NCBI GenBank assembly: GCA_050255815.1
Contig: JBLMVJ010000014.1
Coordinates: 36,728 to 100,727 of the forward strand
Length of the DNA: 64,000 nucleotides
Reading direction: 5' to 3'
DNA from: Candidatus Levyibacteriota bacterium
GTDB taxonomy: Bacteria; Patescibacteriota; Microgenomatia; Levybacterales; GWA1-39-11
Shown here: positions 31,325-40,339 of the stretch, one piece after another
Layout of the letters: each line of letters starts with the position of its first letter
Numbering within the stretch: the first letter of the stretch is position 1
Notes under the pieces: generated by a model
The model's input: only the letters and a program-made list of their open reading frames with translations
Databases searched by the model: none
Told to the model about the DNA's origin: nothing
Made by a program: the position numbers and the translations under genes

Positions 31325-33070
31325 GTGGATGATGTTGAAAAAGTAAAACAGAAAACAGATATAGTTGAGCTGATTGAAAGTTATATTCCCATTAAAAAAG
31401 CTGGGCGTAATTTTAAGGCTCCGTGTCCGTTCCATAATGAAAAATCTCCTTCATTTGTAGTATCCCCTGACCGGCAGATCTGGCACTGTTTTGGCTGTAA
31501 TAAAGGCGGGGATATTTTTACGTTTGTAGAAGAGTATGAGAAGACCACCTTTGCAGACGCATTAAAATATTTGGCACAGAAAGCAGGAGTGCAGCTCACT
31601 ACCTCTGTTGCCAGGTCTGAAGCAGAGAAGAGGAGGGATATGATTTACTCCCTGAATCTTTTGGCTGCACAGTTTTATGAATATATCCTGTTTTCTCATC
31701 CGGTTGGCAAAACCGCACTCAGGTACGTTCTGGATACAAGACGCCAGCCGGAAGCTCTACTCAAAACCTTCATGGTAGGGTATGCCCCTAATACCGGCAA
31801 TTCCCTCACCCAGTTTTTGCTGAAGAAAAAAACATACCAGCCGCAGGATCTGGTAGACGCAGGTTTGGCAATATTTGCCCATGGTAGGCTGATAGACTTT
31901 TTCCGGCATAGGATCATGTTCCCTATTACAGATCCTAGGGGAAATATTATTGCCTTTTCCGGGCGCGCCCTGAGCTCTGAGCAGATGCCTAAATATGTAA
32001 ATACCAAAGAAACCGCAGTGTACACCAAAGGAGAAACGGTGTTTGGCCTGAATCTAGCCAGGGATGAGATAAAAAAACAGGGGTCTGTGATTATTATGGA
32101 AGGTGAGTTTGACGTGATCTCAGCACACCGGGAAGGGATTGGAAACGTGGTGGCAGTAAAAGGGACAGCGTTAACAGAACAGCAGATAGAGCTGTTAAAA
32201 CGGTATGCCCAGAAGCTGGTATTTTGTTTTGATACTGATCCGGCAGGGACTACTGCCCAAAGGCGTTCTATCCAACTCATTGAGAATGCCGGCATTGTAG
32301 CCAGCGTTATCATGCTGCCAAAAGGTAAGGACCCGGATGAATTACTAAACACAGACCCGGTGGAATTCAAAAAAGCCGTGAAGGATGATGTGCATATCTA
32401 TGATTTTATTATTAACTCCGCGGTAAACCAGCATGACGTTAAAAGCGTGGATGGGAAGCGGGAGGTCCTAGCAAAAACCATTCCATTCCTGGCAGTTATA
32501 GATAATGAGGTTATTAAAGAGCATTACCTGAAGAGGTTAGCTGAAGCTTTGGATACGTCTTATGACTCTATTTTCAGGCAGTCTGAGAAAGAAAAGAAGG
32601 CTGAGCGCAAGCCGGTGGTTACCGCTTCTGTGAGCAAAAAATCCAGGGAAGAACTTCTCCCCCAGCATTTATTTTCACTACTGCTTTCCTCTACGCATCT
32701 TCTGGAGGATTTGCGCTTAGTGGATGCGGCATTGGATGGGGTAGCCTTCCCCAGTATTTCCTACCAAAAACTATTCCAGCTGCTAAAGTCAGACATAGAA
32801 AAGAATGAATTTAAATCTCTGGAAGTCTTTGCAAAAACCATACCGGCAGAATTGGTAGAAGCGTATGACGTAGCATTTTTAGCCCCGGTCCCTGAATATG
32901 ATGAGAAAAAGCTATCTGAGGAGCTGAAAAAAACAGCGCTGGAACTGAAAACATTAGCCGTCAAAAAAAGGCTTTCTGAGATTGCCGTGGAGTTGTCCCG
33001 GGAAACAAGCGCACAGACGGAAAATAAGCTTCAGGAGGAAGCCCAAACTCTTACCCAAAAACTCAAGTAA
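31325..33070 (+). CDS. dnaG: DNA primase
   Basis: CPFH...CFGC zinc finger, PKYVNT, EGEFDV, FDTD. Confidence 0.96.
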   Translation: MDDVEKVKQKTDIVELIESYIPIKKAGRNFKAPCPFHNEKSPSFVVSPDRQIWHCFGCNKGGDIFTFVEEYEKTTFADALKYLAQKAGVQLTTSVARSEAEKRRDMIYSLNLLAAQFYEYILFSHPVGKTALRYVLDTRRQPEALLKTFMVGYAPNTGNSLTQFLLKKKTYQPQDLVDAGLAIFAHGRLIDFFRHRIMFPITDPRGNIIAFSGRALSSEQMPKYVNTKETAVYTKGETVFGLNLARDEIKKQGSVIIMEGEFDVISAHREGIGNVVAVKGTALTEQQIELLKRYAQKLVFCFDTDPAGTTAQRRSIQLIENAGIVASVIMLPKGKDPDELLNTDPVEFKKAVKDDVHIYDFIINSAVNQHDVKSVDGKREVLAKTIPFLAVIDNEVIKEHYLKRLAEALDTSYDSIFRQSEKEKKAERKPVVTASVSKKSREELLPQHLFSLLLSSTHLLEDLRLVDAALDGVAFPSISYQKLFQLLKSDIEKNEFKSLEVFAKTIPAELVEAYDVAFLAPVPEYDEKKLSEELKKTALELKTLAVKKRLSEIAVELSRETSAQTENKLQEEAQTLTQKLK

Positions 33071-33173
33071 GTCACATACTCCAGGCTTGCTATTTAGCCT
33101 GAAAAAGCGTACAATAGACCTTAGTTTAAAACCCCAGAGGAATTTGGGGTTTGTTTTTCTGTATTAAAGAGAT

Positions 33174-34274
33174 ATGAGCACAACAGCCGCAAAAACAACC
33201 ATAAAAAGTGACCGCGTTGCCAGCCTTCTGGCAGCAGCAAAGAAAAAAGGCTATATATCCCAAGATGAAATCTTAACCTCCTTCCCAAAACCTGAAGAGC
33301 ATATCCAGGATTTAGATTTTCTCTATGACCAGCTCATTAAGAAAAATGTAGATATTTTTGAGACGGTAGAGGAAGAAAAGGAAAACCAGAAATCTATAGA
33401 GGACCTGGAAAAAGAGCTGGAAGCACTGAACATTATCCAGGGTGGCGCAGTGACTGACCCGGTCAGGATGTACCTCAAGGAAATAGGCCGTATTCCGCTT
33501 TTGACCTTTGAACAGGAAGTAGACCTGGCAAAGAGGCTGGAAAAAGGTGATATGCGCGCACGTAAGAAACTCGTGGAGTCCAATTTAAGACTGGTGGTTT
33601 CTATTGCTAAAAAGTACGTGGGTCGCGGTATGACTTTACTCGATTTGATCCAGGAAGGGAACCAGGGACTGATACGCGCGGTAGAAAAGTATGACTGGAA
33701 AAAAGGTTTTAAGTTTTCTACCTACGCCACCTGGTGGATCAGGCAGGCTATTACCCGCGCTATAGCAGACCAGGCCAGGACTATCCGTATCCCGGTCCAC
33801 ATGGTGGAAAATATTAATAGGTTTATGCGCGTGCAGAGAAAGTTAATGCAGGAGTTGGGACGCCAGCCTACCCCGGAAGAAATTTCAGATATTTTAGAAA
33901 TTGACCCAGATAAAGCGCGGGAAATTATAAAGATTTCCCAGCAGCCTGCTTCTCTGGACACTCCGGTAGGGGATGAGGAAGATTCATATCTGGGAGACTT
34001 TATTTATGACATTACCGCACCTACACTTTTTGATACCGCATCCCGTGGCCTGTTAAAAGAACAGCTCGGCTCCGTGCTTTCAACATTATCTGACAGGGAG
34101 AGAAGAGTACTGGAAGAGCGGTTTGGCCTCAGAGACGGCAAGCCAAAGACTTTGGAAGAAGTGGGCCGTATGTTTGCGGTTACCCGTGAGCGTATTAGGC
34201 AGATAGAAGCAAAAGCACTGAGAAAATTAAGGCACCCAAGTCGTGGGAACAAATTGAAAGACTACCTCGAGTAA
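33174..34274 (+). CDS. rpoD: Primary sigma factor RpoD/SigA
   Basis: [51 protein letters not shown]. Confidence 0.97.
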   Translation: MSTTAAKTTIKSDRVASLLAAAKKKGYISQDEILTSFPKPEEHIQDLDFLYDQLIKKNVDIFETVEEEKENQKSIEDLEKELEALNIIQGGAVTDPVRMYLKEIGRIPLLTFEQEVDLAKRLEKGDMRARKKLVESNLRLVVSIAKKYVGRGMTLLDLIQEGNQGLIRAVEKYDWKKGFKFSTYATWWIRQAITRAIADQARTIRIPVHMVENINRFMRVQRKLMQELGRQPTPEEISDILEIDPDKAREIIKISQQPASLDTPVGDEEDSYLGDFIYDITAPTLFDTASRGLLKEQLGSVLSTLSDRERRVLEERFGLRDGKPKTLEEVGRMFAVTRERIRQIEAKALRKLRHPSRGNKLKDYLE

Positions 34275-34294
34275 CCCGTGTTTCAGAACCTTCA

Positions 34295-34323
34295 TTGAAA
34301 AATACTTAATTTAGTCCTATAAT
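34295..34323 (+). promoter_or_regulatory. Sigma70 promoter of the sigma-region-4 gene pair
   Basis: TTGAAA-N17-TATAAT, 9 nt before ATG 34333. Confidence 0.7.
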
Positions 34324-34332
34324 ACCTTCTTT

Positions 34333-35061
34333 ATGGCAAAACCGGAAGCGCAGCCACAGAACGGAAAGATTGACCCCAGGTACATATTAAGTGCCACGGT
34401 TGACCCTGCGTTCAAAGAAGCTTTTATTATGGCTCCCCGGCACCTTCAGTTCCCCACCAGAAACCAGTTTGCCTTTTTAAAAGGTATTATGGGTATTAAT
34501 CCAAAAAAAGAACGGGTTGTTGTCCGGACTGTTACAGAATATACGGTCCAGACCCCGGGAGAAGGTGAGCGTCCTCTTACGTCTGCAGATGAAGAAGAAA
34601 TTATAACAGCCGCGAAAAGACTTATAAATAATGGTGCAGGAGAAAAGCCCACCAAAAAGATAACTCTTGAGAAGGCGCTTGAACTCATGGAAGAGCAGGT
34701 TATGTACAGGGTGCCTATAAGCCTGCATACACCGCTGGGTGAGAGCCAAGAGATGTTTTTAGAATCATTAGTAAGAGATAAAAGCGCAAAAGACCCGGAG
34801 ACTGCAGTAGCAGACGCCATGCTCAGAGATGATTTGGAGGCAGCTATGCGCATTGCAAGTCTTACCCCAAGAGAAAAAGATGTCCTGAGAAAAAGGAATG
34901 GTGTTTATACCGGAGTGAGCAGAACTTTAGATGAGTTAGGTACGGAATATGGGATAACCCGTGAACGGATACGCCAAATAGAGGCAAAAGCATACAATAA
35001 GATCAGGGGTAATTTTGCGGCAAGAAGAAAGTTGTTAGGATATTTATCACAACACAAATAA
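34333..35061 (+). CDS. Sigma70 region 3.2-4 protein with unrecognised N-terminal domain (paralog 1)
   Basis: [41 protein letters not shown]; no region 2 motifs. Confidence 0.85.
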   Translation: MAKPEAQPQNGKIDPRYILSATVDPAFKEAFIMAPRHLQFPTRNQFAFLKGIMGINPKKERVVVRTVTEYTVQTPGEGERPLTSADEEEIITAAKRLINNGAGEKPTKKITLEKALELMEEQVMYRVPISLHTPLGESQEMFLESLVRDKSAKDPETAVADAMLRDDLEAAMRIASLTPREKDVLRKRNGVYTGVSRTLDELGTEYGITRERIRQIEAKAYNKIRGNFAARRKLLGYLSQHK

Positions 35062-35067
35062 GAAATT

Positions 35068-35757
35068 ATGACACAAGAAACAGGGAAACATATTGGTAAA
35101 GTTGATCAAAGGTATGTGTTGCCAAAAGACGGATTAGACGAAAGGTTTAAGGAATCTTTTATAACGGCCCCATCCCACCTGGAATTCCCAACCAGAAACC
35201 ATTACGCTTTTCTGGAAGGAGTAATAGGGATAAACCCTGCTCAGGAGCGTGTGCTCCCGGGTACCATTGTGGATACATGGAAACAGGGAATTATACAGGG
35301 AAATGGGAACTGGAGATTTATGAGCCCCGCAGACAAAAGGGAGTTTATGAACGCGGCAAAAGCTATTACCAATGACCGGGTTCCGGTACCTGATATAGAT
35401 ACAGCCCTGAGAATATTAGGTGATCAGGTTTATATGGTAACAGATGTGAGTCTGGACAAGCCAGCAGGAGACACTACAAAAGGTACAACCCTCATGGATT
35501 TAATTGACATTCCTGATACTTCCGACCCTGTGAAAAAAACTCTCTCTGCAGAAGATATAGAAGAGTTATTGGCAGAGTTAACGCCCAGGGAAGCAGACGT
35601 GCTGCGTAAAAGGCAGAGTATGACCCAGGAAGAAATTGGCAGGGAATACGGGGTAACCAAGCAAAGGATTGATCAAATTGAGAAAAAAGCCTACAGAAAG
35701 TTGAGGCAGCCCCACTTAAGAGAGAAAGTAGTTTCTTTGATGGAAAGGATCTCCTAA
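35068..35757 (+). CDS. Sigma70 region 3.2-4 protein with unrecognised N-terminal domain (paralog 2)
   Basis: VSLDKPAG, LTPREADVLRKR, TQEEIG..YGVTKQRIDQIEKKAYRKLRQP; N-domain similar to paralog 1. Confidence 0.85.
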   Translation: MTQETGKHIGKVDQRYVLPKDGLDERFKESFITAPSHLEFPTRNHYAFLEGVIGINPAQERVLPGTIVDTWKQGIIQGNGNWRFMSPADKREFMNAAKAITNDRVPVPDIDTALRILGDQVYMVTDVSLDKPAGDTTKGTTLMDLIDIPDTSDPVKKTLSAEDIEELLAELTPREADVLRKRQSMTQEEIGREYGVTKQRIDQIEKKAYRKLRQPHLREKVVSLMERIS

Positions 35758-35772
35758 CCCCTCCCCAATTAC

Positions 35773-36618
35773 TTAGTGCACCAGGAGTACTCCAATAAAA
35801 ACCAGAACTGATGCAATAAGTTTTTTTAAAAGATTATCCTTTTCCCGTAATAGTATGGCTGCCAGAATAACCGTTACTACCACTTGAGTCTGGCCTATGG
35901 TACTGACCTGGGAAACCTGGGCTTTTTGTATGGCAAAATAATACGCATATGCCTGGGTACAACTGAAAAAGACCAGCGGTAGCATCTTTTTTAAAAAAGA
36001 TCTATCAGTTGCCACCTGCCATTTCTTAACAGCCTTGGGGTAACAAAATAGAAGGAGGACAAAAATTAATAGGTTAGCAATGGGCAGGTAAGACACTACA
36101 TCATACGTTTTCAGGATTATTGCATCCAGGGAAACAGCCACCCCATAGAACAGTGCGACAATGAGTGCATAAGAAGTGCCGCTGTTAAATTTAAACCCCT
36201 TCTTAATATTGGCGACCAGCATAACTGACCCCAGGATTAAAATTGCACCCAGTACTTTTTCAAAACCAAATATTTCCCTCAGGAAAAATACGGAAATAAG
36301 GATGGTTATAATCACCCTGACAGAAGTGAGGATGGTAACTTCTGAGGCCTCAATTACTTTTAATGCCTTGAAAAGGAAAATGGTCCCAAATCCCCATAGC
36401 AGCGCAGAGAGAACAAAAAGTACCAAAGTCCAGCTTAATACGGGCAGTTTAAATCCCAGGAATAGGGAAACAACGGAATATGCAATACTTAGGAAAAAGG
36501 CAAAAAGAATGGTGTAGAGAACCGGGTCGCTTTTATCATCCCTCATCAAAACCCTTTGGAGAATATTATAGATAGATACTGCAAAAACACTTATGAGGAT
36601 AAGGCTAAACCAATCCAT
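35773..36618 (-). CDS. EamA/DMT-family transporter
   Basis: About 10 TMs in two repeats; ALKVIEAS, FLRE, LLRE. Confidence 0.85.
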   Translation of the reverse strand: MDWFSLILISVFAVSIYNILQRVLMRDDKSDPVLYTILFAFFLSIAYSVVSLFLGFKLPVLSWTLVLFVLSALLWGFGTIFLFKALKVIEASEVTILTSVRVIITILISVFFLREIFGFEKVLGAILILGSVMLVANIKKGFKFNSGTSYALIVALFYGVAVSLDAIILKTYDVVSYLPIANLLIFVLLLFCYPKAVKKWQVATDRSFLKKMLPLVFFSCTQAYAYYFAIQKAQVSQVSTIGQTQVVVTVILAAILLREKDNLLKKLIASVLVFIGVLLVH

Positions 36619-36623
36619 ACACA

Positions 36624-36640
36624 AATTATATCAGAAGGTT
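36624..36640. repeat. 17-bp direct repeat C, copy 1 (contains minus-strand extended -10)
   Basis: aattatatcagaaggtt, identical at 37593-37609. Confidence 0.8.
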
Positions 36641-36681
36641 TATTGAAGGTAAGAATTTGCTCATGCACCGGAATGATTCCT

Positions 36682-36697
36682 TGTGATAAAAATCACT
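36682..36697. promoter_or_regulatory. Crp-type box
   Basis: TGTGA-taaaaa-TCACT centred 41.5 nt upstream of ATG 36731. Confidence 0.65.
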
Positions 36698-36730
36698 GAT
36701 ATAAAAGTAATTTTTCAATATAAATGACTT

Positions 36731-37399
36731 ATGAAATATATTATCGTTGTTTTGGTGCTAGCTCTGCTGGAGTTATCAGTTTCTACTGTTTTTGCACAAG
36801 GCGTTCACGCGCCCGGGACAGGGATTGTTAACCCCACTACAAAAGGTCAAAGTCAGGGGACAGGAAATGCTTTGCAAGCGACACCCTCATTGAAAATTAC
36901 CCCCACTCAAGACCAAGACAGGTTGAGGACATTTCTTAGAGACCAAGAGCAAGTCATGGACAAAGATAGGGATAGACTACAAGAAAAAGATAAAATTATG
37001 CAGCAGGATCAAGACCGAACAATGCTTGGAGCAAAAGTTTTGATTCAAGCAAGGGAAGATAATAATGAACTAGACTCTCAAGTAGAAAACCTGGCAACTC
37101 AAGTTAAGAATACAATACAAAATACTTTAAAATTGGAGCAACAAATTAGAGACCGTAACTTTTTAATGCGCCTTTTTTGGGGAGGAGATAAGAAGACCGG
37201 ACAGGAACTTTATCAGATAACAACGCAAAACAAAGACCGTATCAGAGAAATGGAACGATTGGTAGAAAGTTGCAACTGCAATGAAGAAACAAAAAATCTT
37301 CTACGTGAACAGTTAAGGATTATGGATCAGGAGCAAATGCGGTTGAATAATATGGCACAAGAAGAAATTAGAAAAAAGGGATTATTCTCTTGGTTTTAG
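36731..37399 (+). CDS. Secreted coiled-coil hypothetical protein
   Basis: Signal peptide ending VFA; DQDR-like repeats; helical composition. Confidence 0.7.
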   Translation: MKYIIVVLVLALLELSVSTVFAQGVHAPGTGIVNPTTKGQSQGTGNALQATPSLKITPTQDQDRLRTFLRDQEQVMDKDRDRLQEKDKIMQQDQDRTMLGAKVLIQAREDNNELDSQVENLATQVKNTIQNTLKLEQQIRDRNFLMRLFWGGDKKTGQELYQITTQNKDRIREMERLVESCNCNEETKNLLREQLRIMDQEQMRLNNMAQEEIRKKGLFSWF

Positions 37400-37470
37400 A
37401 TCTCCCATTTTTAACTCCGCATGGTTGTAGATTAAATCTACCGGATTTTGAATAATACTTGGGGAACCTT

Positions 37471-37590
37471 TTATTGAGCAGGAAGAAATTCAACAATCCA
37501 CAGTTCTTGTTTTAAAGCGCCACTTATAGCATCATGAACTAACTCTCTGCGATTATATGTAGAAATAACGATGCTTATTAAGGATGACAT
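37471..37590 (-). pseudogene. N-terminal remnant of a GT2 glycosyltransferase
   Basis: Manual translation MSSLISIVISTYNRRELVHDAISGALKQELWIVEFLPAQ*; matches the GT2 start pattern, then stops. Confidence 0.6.
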
Positions 37591-37592
37591 GG

Positions 37593-37609
37593 AATTATAT
37601 CAGAAGGTT
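37593..37609. repeat. 17-bp direct repeat C, copy 2
   Basis: Identical to 36624-36640. Confidence 0.8.
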
Positions 37610-37653
37610 CGTATAGTCCATGAAGAGGTGTTAAAAAATGAGGCTAATTTTAT

Positions 37654-37728
37654 TGGCTCCCCCGCGAGGATTCGAACCTCGAACCTTAAAGTTAACAGCT
37701 TTCTGCTCTACCATTGAGCTACAGGGGA
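37654..37728 (-). tRNA. tRNA-Asn(GTT), CCA encoded
   Basis: TCCCCTG/CGGGGGA acceptor stem, AGCTCAATGGTAGAGC D-arm, CT-GTT-AA loop, GGTTCGAATCC T-arm. Confidence 0.97.
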
Positions 37729-37768
37729 ATGCTCATTCCATCTCAACTCTGCAGTTAAGATTCTTACG

Positions 37769-37797
37769 ATTATACTCAATTACGCACAAAATTCCAA
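37769..37797 (-). promoter_or_regulatory. tRNA-Asn promoter
   Basis: TTGGAA-N17-TATAAT on the minus strand. Confidence 0.6.
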
Positions 37798-37808
37798 TAT
37801 CCTAATTT
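37785..37808. repeat. 24-bp direct repeat A, copy 1
   Basis: cacaaaattccaatatcctaattt, identical at 38613-38636. Confidence 0.9.
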
Positions 37809-37856
37809 GGGGCGTAATGAGAACAAAGCATTATAGCCTTTGATATAATCCAAGAA

Positions 37857-38318
37857 ATGACCACAGAAGACGTATTAAAAATTGTGGATTACATTGCTAC
37901 AGAATGTAATAGGTTAAAGAATAAGTACATAGAGAATTCTTTAGAGGCTGATTATGTGTGTATATTTTCTCATAGTGAAGATGAATATAATCAGTTACTA
38001 GAGGTAGCTAAAACGTTAGGTAAAATTGCTACAGATACTCCCACAGGTCCAGTATTTGCTTTTACCACCCGCCCAGAAACGGTTATGGGTAGTCCAAAAC
38101 TGTTAAAAATCAGAAAGCCGGATGAAACCAGGGCACAGAGAGGAGACTTGGATCTAAATACAAATTATCCCGAGTTTAAGAAGAAGTATTTAAACAATAA
38201 TGAGTTCACTCTTATAGTGAGGCCCGACTTTGAAATGATTGAGTTAAAAGATGACTCTTTTGATGCGCTGCTTTATTTTTCAAGTATCCCACTCAGTAAG
38301 CAATTAGGGATAACATAG
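37857..38318 (+). CDS. Hypothetical protein (possibly VOC-like fold)
   Basis: 153-aa ORF; TGaTATAAT 7 nt before ATG. Confidence 0.7.
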   Translation: MTTEDVLKIVDYIATECNRLKNKYIENSLEADYVCIFSHSEDEYNQLLEVAKTLGKIATDTPTGPVFAFTTRPETVMGSPKLLKIRKPDETRAQRGDLDLNTNYPEFKKKYLNNNEFTLIVRPDFEMIELKDDSFDALLYFSSIPLSKQLGIT

Positions 38319-38343
38319 ACAGGATTTAGGGGTTTGGGATGAG

Positions 38344-38384
38344 GGATACCAGGTGGTCTAGGAGTTCTTGGTAGTCACACATAG
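38344..38384. repeat. 41-bp direct repeat B, copy 1: orphan copy of the GH130 gene 3' end
   Basis: 39/41 identical to 39336-39376; minus strand reads MCDYQELLDHLVSLIPNP*. Confidence 0.92.
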
Positions 38385-38385
38385 G

Positions 38386-38592
38386 CTATTCTTTGTGCTC
38401 AACTTTTAAGATTACATTCTTTTTCACCCCTGCAACCGCGGGAAGCAAATGGTTTAAGACCTGTTCAGCAGTCATCCTAAACTCTCTTCCCCTAGCTGAA
38501 ATCTTTACCCACCCTTCTTTATCCCTAAAATAACGTTCAGTGAAGTTTTTAGTTCCTATAAAAATGGTATAGCAGTCATTTGTCAGCTTCAT
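38386..38592 (-). CDS. Small hypothetical protein
   Basis: 68-aa ORF; TGcTAAAAT 6 nt before ATG. Confidence 0.65.
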   Translation of the reverse strand: MKLTNDCYTIFIGTKNFTERYFRDKEGWVKISARGREFRMTAEQVLNHLLPAVAGVKKNVILKVEHKE

Positions 38593-38612
38593 GCTTTGAT
38601 TTTAGCACAGGA

Positions 38613-38636
38613 CACAAAATTCCAATATCCTAATTT
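38613..38636. repeat. 24-bp direct repeat A, copy 2
   Basis: Identical to 37785-37808. Confidence 0.9.
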
Positions 38637-38697
38637 CATAAATCTAAAACATCTTAGGTCTCAGATTCCCTTCAGGACTTTATTATAATCTCTTGGA

Positions 38698-39285
38698 ATG
38701 AGAAGAATTATTACCACTACCATGATTACGCTGGATGGTGTTATGCAAGCTCCTGGTGTTTCTAAAGAAGATGAGAGTGAAGGTTTCAAATACGGAGGAT
38801 GGCAGGTGGGGTGGGATAAAGAAGCAGACGCAATAACAGACAGAATTCAAGCAGAACCTTTGGACCTACTCTTTGGAAGACGTACTTATGATATTTTTGC
38901 CGGATATTGGCCGCACCATGAAGATGAACCACATTGGGGAAAACCGTATAGTAAGGCGAAAAAGTATGTAGTTTCTCATAAGCCGGTTAAGCTACCATGG
39001 AAAAACTCCCAACTTATCTCAGGAGATGTTGTGGGTGAAATTAAAAAACTAAAGGATTCAAATGGTCCAAACCTTTGGGTGTGGGGCAGTAGCTCTCTTA
39101 TTCAAACACTGCTTAAAAATAACCTCATTGATAGAATGTATCTCTGGATATTTCCCCTTACTATTGGTACTGGTAAAAAACTATTCGCAGAAGGCACAAT
39201 TCCGGAGCGCTTTAAAATGGTGGATGGGAAAATTACCTCAAACGGTATTATATTTGCAGCCTATGAACCATCAACTCCTCTTTAG
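38698..39285 (+). CDS. Dihydrofolate reductase-like (RibD_C family) protein
   Basis: TLDGVMQAPG, LFGRRTYD, VWGSSSLIQTL, GTGKKLF. Confidence 0.9.
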   Translation: MRRIITTTMITLDGVMQAPGVSKEDESEGFKYGGWQVGWDKEADAITDRIQAEPLDLLFGRRTYDIFAGYWPHHEDEPHWGKPYSKAKKYVVSHKPVKLPWKNSQLISGDVVGEIKKLKDSNGPNLWVWGSSSLIQTLLKNNLIDRMYLWIFPLTIGTGKKLFAEGTIPERFKMVDGKITSNGIIFAAYEPSTPL

Positions 39286-39320
39286 CAGCTGAAGCATTAA
39301 ATAAGGTTGAAGCCTTGATT

Positions 39321-40295
39321 TCATTCCTGAATTAAGGATACAAGGTGGTCTAGGAGTTCCTGGTAGTCACACATAGCTAGGCAGATTCCCTGGTCACCGC
39401 TTCCGTAGTATACATAGAGATTTTCCCCGTATACCACTGCGCCTTCCGGAAACGCCACATGGTTTACTATGCCATGCAGTTCCCGCTCTGTCTCCGGTTT
39501 TAACACATGGTCCACATTTGCCAGGATCTTCCGGGGATTATGTAAATCCAGGAGAGCCGCGCTAATGGACCACTCCGGGTGGTTTCCCACTTTACTGATA
39601 GCGCTATAGATAAAAAGCCACCCGTGCGGAGTTTTAATAGGCACCGCACCTACTTCATTTCCCCGGTCCTCAGTTGGCTTCATCACTACATATTCTTCAT
39701 ATTCTTCATTTACTATCCTATTCATCCGTTCTTTTGAAGGGTAGAAGAGGTCATACAGGTCATCAAACTGCGCCATCATGATGGTTGCCTTAGGGCTTTC
39801 CAGTTCAAAGGTAAAGAGCATAGTGTACTTCCCGTTAATTTTTTCCGGGAACAGGCAGGCAGCTTTAGAGAAAAGGTCCGGTCCTATAATTCCGTGTTTA
39901 TTCCAGTGGATAAAATCCTTGCTGGTTGCCAGTGCAATCCTTACCTTTTGCTCATGGCCTGCGCCGCCTACAGCCGTGTAGTAGAGATAGTAGACGCCAT
40001 CTATCTTTGTCACCCGCGGGTCTTCGCACCCCAGGCCGTTTTCATAACTTTCCGTAGGGGAAATAAGCGGCTCTTCAAACCGGTCAAAATGCATACCGTC
40101 CACGCTTTCTGCGTATCCCAGGGAAGACATATACGCGCCTTCTATATCAGGATGCACGTCATTTGTAGCCCTATAAATCATGCGGAAAAAGCCGTTTTCA
40201 TAAATGACCCCGGGGTTTAAGACCGACCCTTTTTCCCAATCATGGGACGGATCACGCTCTATGATGGGATCCCCCCTAAACCGTCTTAATTTCAT
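39321..40295 (-). CDS. GH130-family glycosidase/phosphorylase
   Basis: VLNPG, MIYRA, GCEDPRV, FPEKINGKY, VAFPEG, YYGSGD; ATG 40295 follows TACAAT. Confidence 0.85.
   Translation of the reverse strand: MKLRRFRGDPIIERDPSHDWEKGSVLNPGVIYENGFFRMIYRATNDVHPDIEGAYMSSLGYAESVDGMHFDRFEEPLISPTESYENGLGCEDPRVTKIDGVYYLYYTAVGGAGHEQKVRIALATSKDFIHWNKHGIIGPDLFSKAACLFPEKINGKYTMLFTFELESPKATIMMAQFDDLYDLFYPSKERMNRIVNEEYEEYVVMKPTEDRGNEVGAVPIKTPHGWLFIYSAISKVGNHPEWSISAALLDLHNPRKILANVDHVLKPETERELHGIVNHVAFPEGAVVYGENLYVYYGSGDQGICLAMCDYQELLDHLVSLIQE
39336..39376. repeat. 41-bp direct repeat B, copy 2 (in-frame end of the GH130 gene)
   Basis: See 38344-38384. Confidence 0.92.
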
Positions 40296-40339
40296 AATAA
40301 TTATTGTAACAGTAATTTTGTTTAGTACACAAGAGCAAC

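Noticed and set aside
37420-37445. GTTGTAGAT plus palindrome resembling the end of a Cas12a repeat
   Set aside because: Single copy, no spacers, no cas genes; the upstream half of the repeat stem is missing.
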